Shown: positions 48,474-58,991, counted from the first letter of the stretch. The stretch is DNA of 64,000 nt from Candidatus Kaftiobacterium secundum (GCA_031459765.1 JAVKHY010000001.1:468156-532155); one strand, 5' to 3'. A program made the numbers and translations. Notes: generated by a model from the letters alone, not told the origin.

Positions 48474-50087
48474 ATGCCCGTGCTCCCGGCCGCCGGACCA
48501 CCGGCGGATCTCCTCCCGCCCGGTCCCCGGACGATTCTGGAGCTCCGGGGTGTGCGCAAGGCCTTCGGACCGGTCGTCGCCCTGGCGGCGGCGGATTTTC
48601 AGCTCCGGGAGCGGGAGATCCACGGGCTGCTGGGCGGGAACGGCGCCGGGAAGACCACCCTGATGAACATCCTCTACGGTCTGTACCGGGCCGACGCCGG
48701 TGAGGTCTTCCTGGACGGTCGTCCCATCGAGATCCGTTCTCCTCGCGACGCCCTTCGGCACGGGATCGGCATGGTCCACCAGCACTTCCTGCAGGTCGAG
48801 ACCTTCACCGTGGCCCAGAACATCGCGCTGGGGATGCCCGCAGGGCGCCGGCTGCTCCCCACCCCGGTTGAATCCGAGCGGCGCATCCGGGAGCTGGCCG
48901 CGCGGTTTGGTCTCGAGGTGGATCCCCACGCCCTGGTGGCGGAGCTGCCGGTGGGCGTGCGGCAGCGCGTCGAGATCCTCAAGGCGCTCTACCGCCGGGT
49001 GCGGATCCTGATCCTCGACGAGCCCACCACGAACCTGACACCGCAGGAAGTGGACTCCCTGTTCGCCTCGCTCCAGGCCATGGTCAGAGAGGGGATCAGT
49101 GTCGTCTTCATCACCCACAAGATCCGGGAGGCCCTGGCGGTCTGCCAGCGCATCACCGTGATGCGGTCGGGACGGCGCGTCCTCACCGTGCCGCGGGAGG
49201 AGGCGGCGGAGGAGGCGCTGGTGCGGGCGATGGTGGGGGAGGAGGTCGACCTCGGCCGCAGCGTGCTGTTCTCCGGCGGAGGCGGGAAGCGGCGGCCCTC
49301 CGGAGGACCGGCGGTGCTGCGGGTGGACGGGCTCTCGGTGAGCGCGAAGGGCGGCGTGTCCCTGGTCAGGGACTGCAGCCTCGCCGTGTCTGCCGGGGAG
49401 ATCTTCGGCCTCGCGGGGGTGGCGGGGAACGGACAGCGCGAGCTCGTCGAGGCCCTGGTGGGCGTGCGTCGGGCGGCGGGCGGCCGGGTGTGGATCGGGG
49501 AGGCGGAGGTCACGGACGCCGGCACCGCGGACCGGCTGGCGCTGGGTGTGGCCTACATTCCGGAGGACCGCCTGCACGATGGATTTCTCCCCCGAGGGAC
49601 GGTGGCGCAAAACCTCATCCTGGGCGCGCACCGCCGCCGGCCTTACGCCCGAGGGCCGTGGCTGGACTGGCGGGCCGCCTTCGAGGCGGCGAGGCGGCTG
49701 ATCGAGGAGTACCGCATCCACACTCCGGGCCCCGACACTCCCGCCGTGAATCTCTCCGGGGGAAACATCCAGCGGCTGATGCTGGCCCGAGCCTTCTCTT
49801 TTCCGTGCCGTCTCCTCATTGCCCACAATCCCACCCGCGGATTGGACGTGCCCTCCACGGAGTTCGTCTACCGGAAGTTCCTGGAGTTGCGGGACCGGGG
49901 GGCGGGGACCCTTCTGATCTCCGAGGATCTGGACGAACTCTTCCTCCTCTGCGACCGGATCGCGGTGCTGTACCGGGGCCGGATCGCCGGGGTGCTGGGG
50001 CGGGAAGAGTTCGACCGCTACCGGATCGGGCGGCTGATGGCCGGCGTGGAGGCGGCCGGTGCCGGACCGGCGGGTGCGCGTCCGTGA
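48474..50087 (+). CDS. ABC transporter ATP-binding protein (tandem NBDs)
   Basis: two Walker A (GGNGAGKTT, GVAGNGQRE) and two signature motifs (LPVGVRQRVEILKAL, LSGGNIQRLMLAR). Confidence 0.85.
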   Translation: MPVLPAAGPPADLLPPGPRTILELRGVRKAFGPVVALAAADFQLREREIHGLLGGNGAGKTTLMNILYGLYRADAGEVFLDGRPIEIRSPRDALRHGIGMVHQHFLQVETFTVAQNIALGMPAGRRLLPTPVESERRIRELAARFGLEVDPHALVAELPVGVRQRVEILKALYRRVRILILDEPTTNLTPQEVDSLFASLQAMVREGISVVFITHKIREALAVCQRITVMRSGRRVLTVPREEAAEEALVRAMVGEEVDLGRSVLFSGGGGKRRPSGGPAVLRVDGLSVSAKGGVSLVRDCSLAVSAGEIFGLAGVAGNGQRELVEALVGVRRAAGGRVWIGEAEVTDAGTADRLALGVAYIPEDRLHDGFLPRGTVAQNLILGAHRRRPYARGPWLDWRAAFEAARRLIEEYRIHTPGPDTPAVNLSGGNIQRLMLARAFSFPCRLLIAHNPTRGLDVPSTEFVYRKFLELRDRGAGTLLISEDLDELFLLCDRIAVLYRGRIAGVLGREEFDRYRIGRLMAGVEAAGAGPAGARP

Positions 50088-51136
50088 CCGAACGGGTGCT
50101 TCGCGGTCGGGGTCCGCAGGGATGGCCGGTGCTGGTCGTCGCCGGCGCCGCTCCCTACCTGCTCGGTATCGCGGCGGCCTTCGCGGCGGTAGGTCTCTTC
50201 ATGGCCGTGATGGGGTTTGATGTCGCCAGGGCGTACAGCACGATCCTGTTCACGTCTTTCAGGAGCGCCAACGGCTTCGTCCAGACCCTGTTGAAGTTCA
50301 TCCCGCTGGTGCTGCTGGCGCTGGCCTTCACCGTGCCGCTGGCCGCCTGGAAGTTCAACATCGGGGGAGAGGGGCAACTGATCGCCGGGGCCATCGGCGC
50401 CGCCGCGGCGGGGATCCTCCTGGCCGGCCTGCCGGCGGTCGTCCTGCTGCCGGTGCTGATCCTGGCCGGCGTCCTCTGCGGCGCGTTGTGGGCGCTGGTC
50501 CCGGCCTGGCTCCTCTACCGGTTCGGGATCAACGAAATCCTCACCACGGTGTTGATGAACTTCGTGTCCTTCAGCGCCATGGATTACGTGGCCACGGAGA
50601 TCTGGCCGGATCCGGCGGCCGGGCACCCGACCACGGTCCCCATCGCCGCCGCCGCCCGCCTCCCCCTCCTGGTCGGGAGTCCGCCCCTGCACGCCGGGTT
50701 CCTCATCGCGCTGGCCGCGACCGTCGCCGTCCACCTCTACGTGAACCGCACCACAGCAGGGTACGAGTTGCGGGCCACCGGCGCGAACCTGCGCGCCGCG
50801 CTGCTCCACGGTATCGCCGTGCACCGCATCGCCCTGCTGTCCCTGGTGCTGGGAGGGACTCTGGCCGGACTGGCCGGAGCCGTGGAGGTGGCCGGCGTCC
50901 ACCACCGGCTGATCGAGGGCGTGCAGTCCAACTATCTGTTGCTGAGCATCCTCATCGGTCTGATCGCCAAGGGAAACACCGCGGCCGTACCCCTCGTGGC
51001 CTTCGCCATCGCCGCGCTGGAGGTCGGGGCCCGGGCCATGCAGCGGACGATGATGATCCCGGCGGAGATCGTCTTCGTGGTCGAGGGGGTGATCCTGATC
51101 TTCGTCCTCCTCTCCGACGTCGTGCGCAGGAGGTAA
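50084..51136 (+). CDS. ABC transporter permease (BMP/nucleoside type)
   Basis: GTGA overlap with the ATPase; multi-TM. Confidence 0.8.
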   Translation: MTERVLRGRGPQGWPVLVVAGAAPYLLGIAAAFAAVGLFMAVMGFDVARAYSTILFTSFRSANGFVQTLLKFIPLVLLALAFTVPLAAWKFNIGGEGQLIAGAIGAAAAGILLAGLPAVVLLPVLILAGVLCGALWALVPAWLLYRFGINEILTTVLMNFVSFSAMDYVATEIWPDPAAGHPTTVPIAAAARLPLLVGSPPLHAGFLIALAATVAVHLYVNRTTAGYELRATGANLRAALLHGIAVHRIALLSLVLGGTLAGLAGAVEVAGVHHRLIEGVQSNYLLLSILIGLIAKGNTAAVPLVAFAIAALEVGARAMQRTMMIPAEIVFVVEGVILIFVLLSDVVRRR

Positions 51137-51176
51137 CCTGGTCATCGACGCGTTTGTCACCTTCGCCCGGCTGGTC

Positions 51177-52079
51177 GTGCTCACGCTGGTCCCGTACGTC
51201 CTGGCCGGCCAGGGGACGATGCTGGCCGGGCGGGCCGGGGTGTTCAACGTGGCCCAGGAGGGCATCATGCTGGTCGGCGCCTCGGTGGGCTTCCTGGGCG
51301 CCTATCTCTCGGGGGGGAACCTGCTCGAGGGCCTCCTGCTGGCGGCGGTCGTCGGCGGCCTCTTCGGGCTGGCCCTGGCCTATTTCACGACCACGTTGAA
51401 AATGGACCAGTTCGTGATCGGCCTGGCCCTGTACTTCATCGGCCTGGCGCTGTCCACGCTCTTCTACCGGCTGGCGGTCGGCGTCACCCTCGCCCCTCCG
51501 CTGATCTCCACGCTGCGGGATCTGCCCGTGGCCGGCCTCAGCCGCATCCCGGTGCTGGGCCCGATCCTCTTCCGGCAGAACGTCCTGGTGTACGGCGCCG
51601 TGCTGCTCTCCGCGGCGCTCTCCCTCTTGCTCCGGTCCACCGGGCCCGGGCTGGCCCTGCGGGCCGTCGGGGAGAACCCCATGGCCGCCGACGCCCTCGG
51701 CGTGAATGTGCCGCTGGTGCGTTATCTGACCACCGTGGTCGGGGCCATACTCATCGGGCTGGCCGGCGCCTACCTGCCGATGGTCTACACCGGCACCTTT
51801 ACCGAGGGGATGGTGCGGGGCCGGGGCTGGCTCTCCATCGCCCTGACCTTCTTCGGCGGGTGGAATCCGGCGCTGATCTTCCTGGGGGCCCTGTTCTTCG
51901 CGGGGGTCGAGGTGCTGGCGTTCCGGGTGCAGGTCACGGGCGCGGGGATCCCGTACCAGTTCATCCTCATGCTCCCCTACCTGGCCACCATGGTCGTGAT
52001 GATGCCCGCCTTTCGGCGTCTTCAGGTGCCCGCGTTCCTGGGGAAGAACTACGACCGCGAACGACGGTTGCTGCTGTAG
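51177..52079 (+). CDS. ABC transporter permease (second subunit)
   Basis: multi-TM; true start may be a little upstream (in frame from 51138). Confidence 0.75.
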   Translation: MLTLVPYVLAGQGTMLAGRAGVFNVAQEGIMLVGASVGFLGAYLSGGNLLEGLLLAAVVGGLFGLALAYFTTTLKMDQFVIGLALYFIGLALSTLFYRLAVGVTLAPPLISTLRDLPVAGLSRIPVLGPILFRQNVLVYGAVLLSAALSLLLRSTGPGLALRAVGENPMAADALGVNVPLVRYLTTVVGAILIGLAGAYLPMVYTGTFTEGMVRGRGWLSIALTFFGGWNPALIFLGALFFAGVEVLAFRVQVTGAGIPYQFILMLPYLATMVVMMPAFRRLQVPAFLGKNYDRERRLLL

Positions 52080-52167
52080 CCGAACGGGACGACACGGGAT
52101 CCGAAAGGGATTGGACCCTCGGATCGAGCACTGGTAAACGCGGTTCGCCATCGAGGTCGCCGCCAGA

Positions 52168-54291
52168 GTGGCCCGGGAGCTCGACGACGGCGTGGTCTTC
52201 GTCGATCTCGCGCCGGTCCGTGATCCCGCCCTGGTCTTGGACGCCGTGGCCCGGACGCTGGACCTACCGGATTACCCCGGCCGGCCATCACTGGAGCGCC
52301 TGCGCCGGCACCTGGGTGACCGGAACATCCTGCTCGTGCTCGACAATCTCGAGCACCTCATCTCCGCCGCTCCGGACATTGGTGACGTTCTGGCCGCCTG
52401 CCCGACCGTCAAGGTGCTGGCTACGAGTCGCCAGCCGCTGCACCTCCGCTGGGAGCGTCACTACCCGCTGCTCCCCCTCGGTCTCCCGGAGCCAGGCGCG
52501 GTGCCGGATGCGACGAGACTGCTCCGGTCCCCGGCCACGGCGCTCTTCATTGAGCGGGCTCGCGCGGCCCAGCCGACGTTCACGGTCGACGACCGGAATG
52601 CTCCCGCGATTGTCAAGATCTGCCGCCGGCTGGACGGCCTGCCCCTGGCGATCGAGCTGGCCGCGGCCTGGGTCGGACCGCTGGGGCTGGAGGCGATTCT
52701 GTCCAGGCTGTCCGCCCACCGCGGACTTCCCGCCGGCGGCTCGCCGGACGCGCCCGAGCGCCAGCGCACCCTCATCGACGCCATCGGCTGGAGCTACGAC
52801 CTGCTGAACGACACCGAGCGGATGGTCTTCCGCGCGCTCGGGGCATTTTCCGGCGAGACCCCGCTCGAGGCGATCGAGGCCGTGTGCGAGGGGCTGCGCG
52901 TCGATGCGCTGATGCCTGTTGCCCGGCTCGTCGACAAGAACCTCCTGATCCGCGTCGAAGACGGCGCGCCGCGCTTTCGCATGCTGGAAACCATCCGCGA
53001 GTTCGCGGAGGAACGCCTCGAGCTGACGGGCGAGGCGGAAGCCGTGCGCCGGCGCCACGCGGCGTGGTTCCTCGACCTCGCCCGGCAGGCGGAGCGGTAC
53101 CTGTGGAGCGAGCACCAGGCGGTGTGGTTCGGGCGGATCGAGCAGGCGCACGACAACATCCGCGCCGCCCTGCGGTGGTGCCTTGACGGAGCGGATGAGG
53201 AGACGGGGGTGCTGCTCGCGGCCTCGATGCACCGCTTCTGGTTCTCGCGCGGCCACATCCGCGAGGGCCGTCGGTGGGGTGAGATCGCGGCGTCGAAGCA
53301 GAACGTCTCTGACCGGGCGCGCGCCCTGGCCCTCAGGAACCTGGCATTCTTCCTCGTGCACCAGGGCGAGGCAAGGCAGGCGCTCGGGTTGATGGAGCAG
53401 GCGCTGGCCCTGGCGCGGCGGGTCGGAGAGCCGGCGACGACGGCCTGGGTCCTGCACGGGCTGGCCCTGGCCGCGGCCGGGGCAGGCGATGCCGAACGAT
53501 CCGAACGCGTCAATCTCGAGATGCTGGACGCGGCCCGCCTGGCGGGTGATGAAGCGCTGGCGATCCGGGCGCTCTGCGGGATCGCGAGCGCCCTGCACCG
53601 TCGCGGGCAGACGTCGCGCGCGCGGGAGATCTTCGAGGAAGCCCTGCGCCTGGCCCGGCCGCGCCACGACAAGTGGCTGACCGGTGTGGTGACGGGCGGG
53701 CTGGGCCGGGTGCTCCTGCGAGACGACCCCGCCCAGGCCGTGGTGCTGCTGGAGGAGAGCCTGGCCCTGGCGCACGACGTCGGCCATCGCTGGCTGACGG
53801 CGCTCGGCCTGCAAGACCTGGCCGGTCTTCTGGCCCGCTCCGATCGTGCCGGCATCGCCGCGGCGCTGCTGGGCGCGTCGGAATCGCTGCGGGAGGCTTT
53901 CGGGCTGGTTCCCGGTCCCGGCGTCCAGGCCGCCTTGAGGGAAGCCGGCGAGGCGGCGTGCGAGCGCCTCGGCGATGCCGTCTATGAGGCGGAGGTGGCG
54001 AAGGGGCGGGCGATGACCGTGGACGAAGCGGTCGCCCTGGCGCTCGGGCGAACGCTCCCGCCCGGGAAGACGCGCCCGCAGCGCCCCGGCGGACTGACCG
54101 GTCGTGAAGCGCAGATCGTCCTGGACATCGCCCGCGGCCTCACCAACCGGCAGATCGCGACCAGGCTGGAGATCTCCGAACGCACCGTGGACGCTCACCT
54201 CCAGAACATCCGCAACAAGCTCGGCATGGAGAAGCGCGCCCAGATCGCCGCCTGGGCTTCCGCGCACCTGCCGAAGGGCGCGCGGGCTTAG
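52168..54291 (+). CDS. LuxR-family STAND-type regulator (TPR, C-terminal LuxR HTH), 5'-truncated with disrupted Walker A; possible pseudogene
   Basis: paralog of 56616..58991 but homology begins inside the P-loop (..TRFAIEVAARVARELDDG); 1-nt deletion in GGTAAA(A)CGCGGTTC relative to the GKTRF codons; C-terminal TGREAQIVLDIARGLTNRQIATRLEISERTVDAHLQNIRNKLG. Confidence 0.65.
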   Translation: MARELDDGVVFVDLAPVRDPALVLDAVARTLDLPDYPGRPSLERLRRHLGDRNILLVLDNLEHLISAAPDIGDVLAACPTVKVLATSRQPLHLRWERHYPLLPLGLPEPGAVPDATRLLRSPATALFIERARAAQPTFTVDDRNAPAIVKICRRLDGLPLAIELAAAWVGPLGLEAILSRLSAHRGLPAGGSPDAPERQRTLIDAIGWSYDLLNDTERMVFRALGAFSGETPLEAIEAVCEGLRVDALMPVARLVDKNLLIRVEDGAPRFRMLETIREFAEERLELTGEAEAVRRRHAAWFLDLARQAERYLWSEHQAVWFGRIEQAHDNIRAALRWCLDGADEETGVLLAASMHRFWFSRGHIREGRRWGEIAASKQNVSDRARALALRNLAFFLVHQGEARQALGLMEQALALARRVGEPATTAWVLHGLALAAAGAGDAERSERVNLEMLDAARLAGDEALAIRALCGIASALHRRGQTSRAREIFEEALRLARPRHDKWLTGVVTGGLGRVLLRDDPAQAVVLLEESLALAHDVGHRWLTALGLQDLAGLLARSDRAGIAAALLGASESLREAFGLVPGPGVQAALREAGEAACERLGDAVYEAEVAKGRAMTVDEAVALALGRTLPPGKTRPQRPGGLTGREAQIVLDIARGLTNRQIATRLEISERTVDAHLQNIRNKLGMEKRAQIAAWASAHLPKGARA

Positions 54292-54487
54292 ACTCCGACC
54301 GACTCGCTTTCGCCCACGGCTCTCCCGGTCTTTCCCCTGGTACTTAGGTCCTTCCTCGGATGGCGGCGGTCCAGCCGAAGCGCAAGATAGGTGGACAGCG
54401 AGACATGCGTCCTGGACCGGAGCCCTTGGCTGTGGCGCGGCGCAGGGGAGCCCGGAGCCGGGCGCTTCGCAAAAGGAGGAACTGCCA

Positions 54488-55114
54488 ATGGGAAGGCGTC
54501 TGGTTCTTGCCGCCGCCGTCTTGCTCGCGGGGGCGTTCCTGCTGTCGACGACCGCGGTCGCCCAGCAGACCATCGTGCCCGGATCCCTGGTCGTCAAAGC
54601 GCTCACGGAGAAGAAGGTGACGTCGTTGCCGGTGGGTCGGCCGCGGCTCTACTGGCGGATCGAAACATTTCCCACTCTCGTTCAAGCGCAGGCGGCGGCC
54701 ACCGGACCCTGGGCGCTGGCCGCTGAGGCCTTCGGGAGCGCCTGGCTCTTCAGGCTGGGACCCAAGGGCATGGTTTCTTCAGGTGGGACCCATGCGGCCG
54801 AGGTCGGCCCCCTCCCGCCGGTACGGGCGACGGAGTATCTCCTCCGGATCAATCAAGCCACCGGCGCGCCCGGCAGCATCACCACCGTGCACACTCATCC
54901 GGGAACTGAAGCCTTCTACGTGCTTGCAGGAGAGGGATGCCTGCACACGTCCGGCGGTGTGCTCCGCATCCCGGTCGGTCGGGCCACGGCAGGGGCGGAG
55001 GCGGAAGTCCCCGTCCAGGTCTCAAGTTGCGGCTCGACGGAGTTGCGCCAGTTGATCATGTTTGTGGTGGATGCGAACAGGCCGTTCTCATCTCCGGCCG
55101 TGTTCCACCATTGA
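54488..55114 (+). CDS. secreted cupin domain protein
   Basis: signal peptide; cupin motifs TVHTHPGTEAFYVLAGEG; AAGGAGG RBS. Confidence 0.65.
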   Translation: MGRRLVLAAAVLLAGAFLLSTTAVAQQTIVPGSLVVKALTEKKVTSLPVGRPRLYWRIETFPTLVQAQAAATGPWALAAEAFGSAWLFRLGPKGMVSSGGTHAAEVGPLPPVRATEYLLRINQATGAPGSITTVHTHPGTEAFYVLAGEGCLHTSGGVLRIPVGRATAGAEAEVPVQVSSCGSTELRQLIMFVVDANRPFSSPAVFHH

Positions 55115-55181
55115 GCGGGCCTTTGGAGGAGGGCGGCCGACCGCGTAGACAGTCCCAGCGCCCTGCCGCTATGCTTGCCGC

Positions 55182-56300
55182 ATGACCCTGCGCGTGAGCT
55201 GGCGGCAGGCGCTGGCCTGGCGAATGCGGCGCCACCTGCTGGATCCGGTGGGAACGCTGCCCGTCGCCGGCGTGGTCCGCCGCCTCTGCGCCGTCCAGAC
55301 GCAGGTCGCCTCATCCGCCGAACTCGCCGTCCGCCTCCGACGTGAGCGATCGCGGCCTGGCGAGGTCGCCCGCGCCCTGGCCGAGGGTCGCCTCATCAAG
55401 ACCTGGGCGATGCGCGGGGCGCTCCACCTGCTCACCCCGGAGGACGGCGGCGCCTTCCTCTCGCTGATCGCCGCGGGACGGCGCTGGGAACTCCCCAGCT
55501 GGCAGCGGTACTTCGGCCTGACCCCGCAGGTCATGATCCACTTCCGCGAGGCGGTTCGCGAGGCGCTCGACGGTGCTCCCCTCACACGCGAAGAACTGAT
55601 CGCCGCCCTGGTCCGGCGCCGCCGGCTGCGGCATCTGGGCGAAGGGCTCCGGTCGGGCTGGGGCACGCTCCTCAAGCCCCTGGCCTGGCTTGGAGACCTG
55701 TGCCACGGACCGGCGCGGGGCCCCCGCGTCACCTTCACCCGTCCGGAGGCGGCGAGTCCGCGCTGGGCCAGCCTGCCCGATCCCGATGAGGCCGGGCCGG
55801 TCGCCGTCCGTGCGTACCTTGCGGCATACGGGCCGGCGACGATGGACAACTTCGGCCGCTGGCTTGGCGCCGGAACCGGCAGACGACGGCTGCGGGCGGC
55901 CTTCGCCGCGCTGGGCGACGCGCTGGCCGAGGTCGAGGTGGACGGCGAGCGCGCCTACGTCCTGGCGGAGGACGTCGATGCGCTCGCATCAACAAAGCCT
56001 ACCGCAGCCGTCCGCCTGCTTCCCGGTTTCGATCAGTACGTCCTCGGTCCCGGGACCGACGATGTGCATATCCTGCCGCCCGGGCGGCGCTCCGCCGTGA
56101 GCAGGCAGGCCGGCTGGATTGCGCCGATCGTTGTCGCCAGCGGTGTGGTGTGCGGCACGTGGGAACCGGACGGCGACCACGTGCGCATCGCCTGGTTTCG
56201 GGAAGCGGGCCGGCCGCCCAGGAAAGCGCTGGAGGCGGAGGTTGCCCGCCTCTCCTCGATCCTGGCGCGTGATTTTGGCGCGGTGGTTACACAGGCGTAG
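55182..56300 (+). CDS. winged-helix DNA-binding protein, YcaQ/AlkZ-like (DUF1006) family
   Basis: MTLRVSWRQALAWRMRRHLLDPVG...ELAVRLRRERS... pattern of the YcaQ/AlkZ crosslink-repair glycosylase-like family. Confidence 0.6.
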   Translation: MTLRVSWRQALAWRMRRHLLDPVGTLPVAGVVRRLCAVQTQVASSAELAVRLRRERSRPGEVARALAEGRLIKTWAMRGALHLLTPEDGGAFLSLIAAGRRWELPSWQRYFGLTPQVMIHFREAVREALDGAPLTREELIAALVRRRRLRHLGEGLRSGWGTLLKPLAWLGDLCHGPARGPRVTFTRPEAASPRWASLPDPDEAGPVAVRAYLAAYGPATMDNFGRWLGAGTGRRRLRAAFAALGDALAEVEVDGERAYVLAEDVDALASTKPTAAVRLLPGFDQYVLGPGTDDVHILPPGRRSAVSRQAGWIAPIVVASGVVCGTWEPDGDHVRIAWFREAGRPPRKALEAEVARLSSILARDFGAVVTQA

Positions 56301-56305
56301 CTGAA

Positions 56306-56551
56306 ATGCCAGCCAGGGGGTGGTCCGTGAAGATCGATCGGGTGCGTCGGTTCGCCCTCTCCTTGCCCGAAGCGACGGAAGAGCCGCACTCCGACAAGTC
56401 GTCTTTTCGAGTCAAGGGCAAGATCTTCGCCACTGTGCCTCCAGACGGGCGCCATCTTCACGTGTTCGTGGACGAGGAGCACCAAGACCTCATGGTCTCT
56501 GTGGAGTTGCTGCGTTCAGCGTGGCAACGGAAGGTCCGGATTGGAAAATAG
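56306..56551 (+). CDS. MmcQ/YjbR-family small DNA-binding protein (short form)
   Basis: RRFALSLPEATEEPHSDKSSFRVKGKIFATV pattern. Confidence 0.5.
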   Translation: MPARGWSVKIDRVRRFALSLPEATEEPHSDKSSFRVKGKIFATVPPDGRHLHVFVDEEHQDLMVSVELLRSAWQRKVRIGK

Positions 56552-56615
56552 GCGGAGGAGGCCGGGATTCGCCAGGAACGCGAGTGTCCGAGGCGAATAG
56601 GGTCAGTCACCCGTC

Positions 56616-58991
56616 GTGAAGATCGCGAAGAAGATGGTCCCGTCCAGGGCGCCCGCCGGTTCCTCCTCCGTAGAGAATTCCCGCCGCCGTCCGCCGCCGC
56701 ATCCCCACCGCCTGATCGGGCGGGAGGAGGAACTGGGAGCCGCCCAGGGCCTCATTCTGCGCCGCGACGTCAGGATGCTCACGATTACCGGTCCGCCGGG
56801 GGTCGGGAAGACCCGATTCGCGATCGAGGTCGCATCCGCGGTGGCCAGCGAGTTCGATGACGGCGCCCTGGTTGTGGATCTGGCGCCCATCCGAGACCCG
56901 GCCCTCGTTCTGAGCGCGATCGCCCAGGCCCTGGGCGCGTACGTGCCCCCGAACCAGCCGATCGCGAGGGTCCTGCACGATACCCTGTGCGGGCGGAATC
57001 TGCTCCTTGTGCTGGACAACTTCGAGCAGGTCGCGGCGGCGGGCCCCGAGGTTGCCGGACTCCTGGACGCCGCCCCGGATATCAGGTTCCTCATCACGAG
57101 CCGGGAACCGTTGCATGTCACCTGGGAGCGCGAGTACCGACTGTCTCCGCTGCCGGTCGCCGATCCACGGCTCTCGCAGTGGACAGCGATCAGGCGCAGT
57201 CCTGCCACGGCGCTGTTCGCGGAGCGGGCGAAAGCCGCCGACCCGACGTTCGCCCTGGACGCCGCCAACGCCCGGACGGTTGCGGAGATCTGCCGGAGGC
57301 TGGACGGCCTTCCCCTGGCGATCGAGCTGGCCGCCGCCTGGATCGGCCGTCTGGATCCGGAGGCCATCCTGGCGCGGCTGGAGGCACGGCGCGGCCTGCC
57401 GGCAGAACCGTCCGAAGCGAGGGGCCGACACCGGAACCTCGGCGAGGCGATCGCCTGGAGCTACAACCTCCTGGGTAATGTGGAACGAGCCGTCTTTCGA
57501 CGGGTGGGGATCTTCGCCGGCGGATGTACGGTGGAGGCGATCGAGGCGATCTGCGAGGATCTGAACGTCGGCGTGCTCGAGCCGATCGCCTCGCTCGCCG
57601 ACAAGAACCTGCTCATCCGCATCGAAGACCCCGCCGACGGGCAGCGCGAGCCGAGGGTCCGGATGCTGGAGACAATCCGCGAGTTCGCCCTCCAGGAGCT
57701 GAACCGGGCCGGCGAGACAGATGCGGTGGCCGGGCGCCATGCCCGGTGGTTTCTGGCCCTCGCCGAGCGCGCCGAGCCGCTGTTGTGGAGTCAGGATCAG
57801 ACGGGGTGGCTGGACCGCCTGGACCGCGAGCACGACAACATCCGCGCCGCGCTGCGGTGGTGCTTCAGCGGCCATGGTGATGAGACGGGCGCGCGGCTTG
57901 CCGCGGCAATGGGAAGATTCTGGTTTGCGCGCGGGTACTTCCGGGAGGGACAGGCGTGGTTGGAGGCCGCCGCCTCCAGGCAACAGGTCCCCGCCCGTGC
58001 CCGGGCCCGAGCGCTCGCGGGGCTGGCCGCCTTGCTCTGGCCTCAAGGCAAGGGGGAACGGGCCTCCAGGCTGGCAGAGGAAGCTCTGCTGGTGGCGAGA
58101 TCTGTCGAGGACCCCGCCCTGACCGGGTGGGTGCTGCTGCAGGCGGGCTTGGCGGCGGATTCCATGGGAGATGTGCGGAGCGCCGAGGGCCACCACCGAG
58201 AGTTGATCGCCGTGGCCCACGACGCCCAGGACAGCTGGCTCGAGGCGCGCGGCTCATGCAACCTGGCCATGATCCTGTGGGCTCGGGGCGAAACCGAAGC
58301 CGCGCGGAAATCGGCGGAGAGGGCACTCGTGCTTGCACGCCGCCTGCGGGACAGGTGGTTGACGAGTCTCGTCACCGAAACCCTGGGACGAATACTGCTG
58401 TCCGAGGAACCTGAGAAGGCGCGCGCGCTGCTGGAAGAGAGTCTGGCGCTGTCCAGCGAGATCGGTCACCGCTGGCTCCTGGCCAGCGGCCTGGAGAGTC
58501 TGGCGGCCGTGCTGGTCTGGACCGATCGCGCCGAGCAGGCGGCCCTGTTGATGGGAAGTGCGGAAGAGCTGCGGCGCGCCATCGGGTCGGTGAGAGACGA
58601 CCTCGATCAGGCCGAGATCGCCCGCGCCACGGCAGCCGCCCGTGAACGTCTGGGGAGGACGCGCTTCGAGGCGGCCTGGAATCGAGGCCGGGCCATGACG
58701 GTCGGCGAGGCCGTGGCGTTGGCCCTGGGCAGGCCATCGCCATCTCAGGAGAGGCGAACGCCGCACCCCGGCGGACTCACCGGCCGCGAGACCGAGATCG
58801 CGCGCCACATCGCCGAGGGGCGGACAAACCGTCAAATCGCGATCGCCCTGAGCATCTCCGAGCGGACCGTAGACACGCACGTGCAGAATATTCTGAATCG
58901 CCTGGGCCTGGAACGCCGCGCACAAATCGCCGCCTGGGTTACGGCACACCTGCCCGGCAGCGCCTCCTCCCAGCGAACCCGAACCCAGTAA
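56616..58991 (+). CDS. LuxR-family STAND-type transcriptional regulator (P-loop NTPase, TPR, LuxR HTH), full length
   Basis: Walker A GPPGVGKT; TPR-like repeats; C-terminal TGRETEIARHIAEGRTNRQIAIALSISERTVDTHVQNILNRLG. Confidence 0.85.
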   Translation: MKIAKKMVPSRAPAGSSSVENSRRRPPPHPHRLIGREEELGAAQGLILRRDVRMLTITGPPGVGKTRFAIEVASAVASEFDDGALVVDLAPIRDPALVLSAIAQALGAYVPPNQPIARVLHDTLCGRNLLLVLDNFEQVAAAGPEVAGLLDAAPDIRFLITSREPLHVTWEREYRLSPLPVADPRLSQWTAIRRSPATALFAERAKAADPTFALDAANARTVAEICRRLDGLPLAIELAAAWIGRLDPEAILARLEARRGLPAEPSEARGRHRNLGEAIAWSYNLLGNVERAVFRRVGIFAGGCTVEAIEAICEDLNVGVLEPIASLADKNLLIRIEDPADGQREPRVRMLETIREFALQELNRAGETDAVAGRHARWFLALAERAEPLLWSQDQTGWLDRLDREHDNIRAALRWCFSGHGDETGARLAAAMGRFWFARGYFREGQAWLEAAASRQQVPARARARALAGLAALLWPQGKGERASRLAEEALLVARSVEDPALTGWVLLQAGLAADSMGDVRSAEGHHRELIAVAHDAQDSWLEARGSCNLAMILWARGETEAARKSAERALVLARRLRDRWLTSLVTETLGRILLSEEPEKARALLEESLALSSEIGHRWLLASGLESLAAVLVWTDRAEQAALLMGSAEELRRAIGSVRDDLDQAEIARATAAARERLGRTRFEAAWNRGRAMTVGEAVALALGRPSPSQERRTPHPGGLTGRETEIARHIAEGRTNRQIAIALSISERTVDTHVQNILNRLGLERRAQIAAWVTAHLPGSASSQRTRTQ

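Noticed and set aside
52168-58991. Considered the two P-loop/TPR proteins as Avs/STAND-type antiphage NTPases.
   Set aside because: Both end in a canonical LuxR-type HTH (..NRQIA..SERTVD.H..NI..KLG), the hallmark of MalT/SARP-like transcriptional regulators. No nuclease or other effector domain is present.
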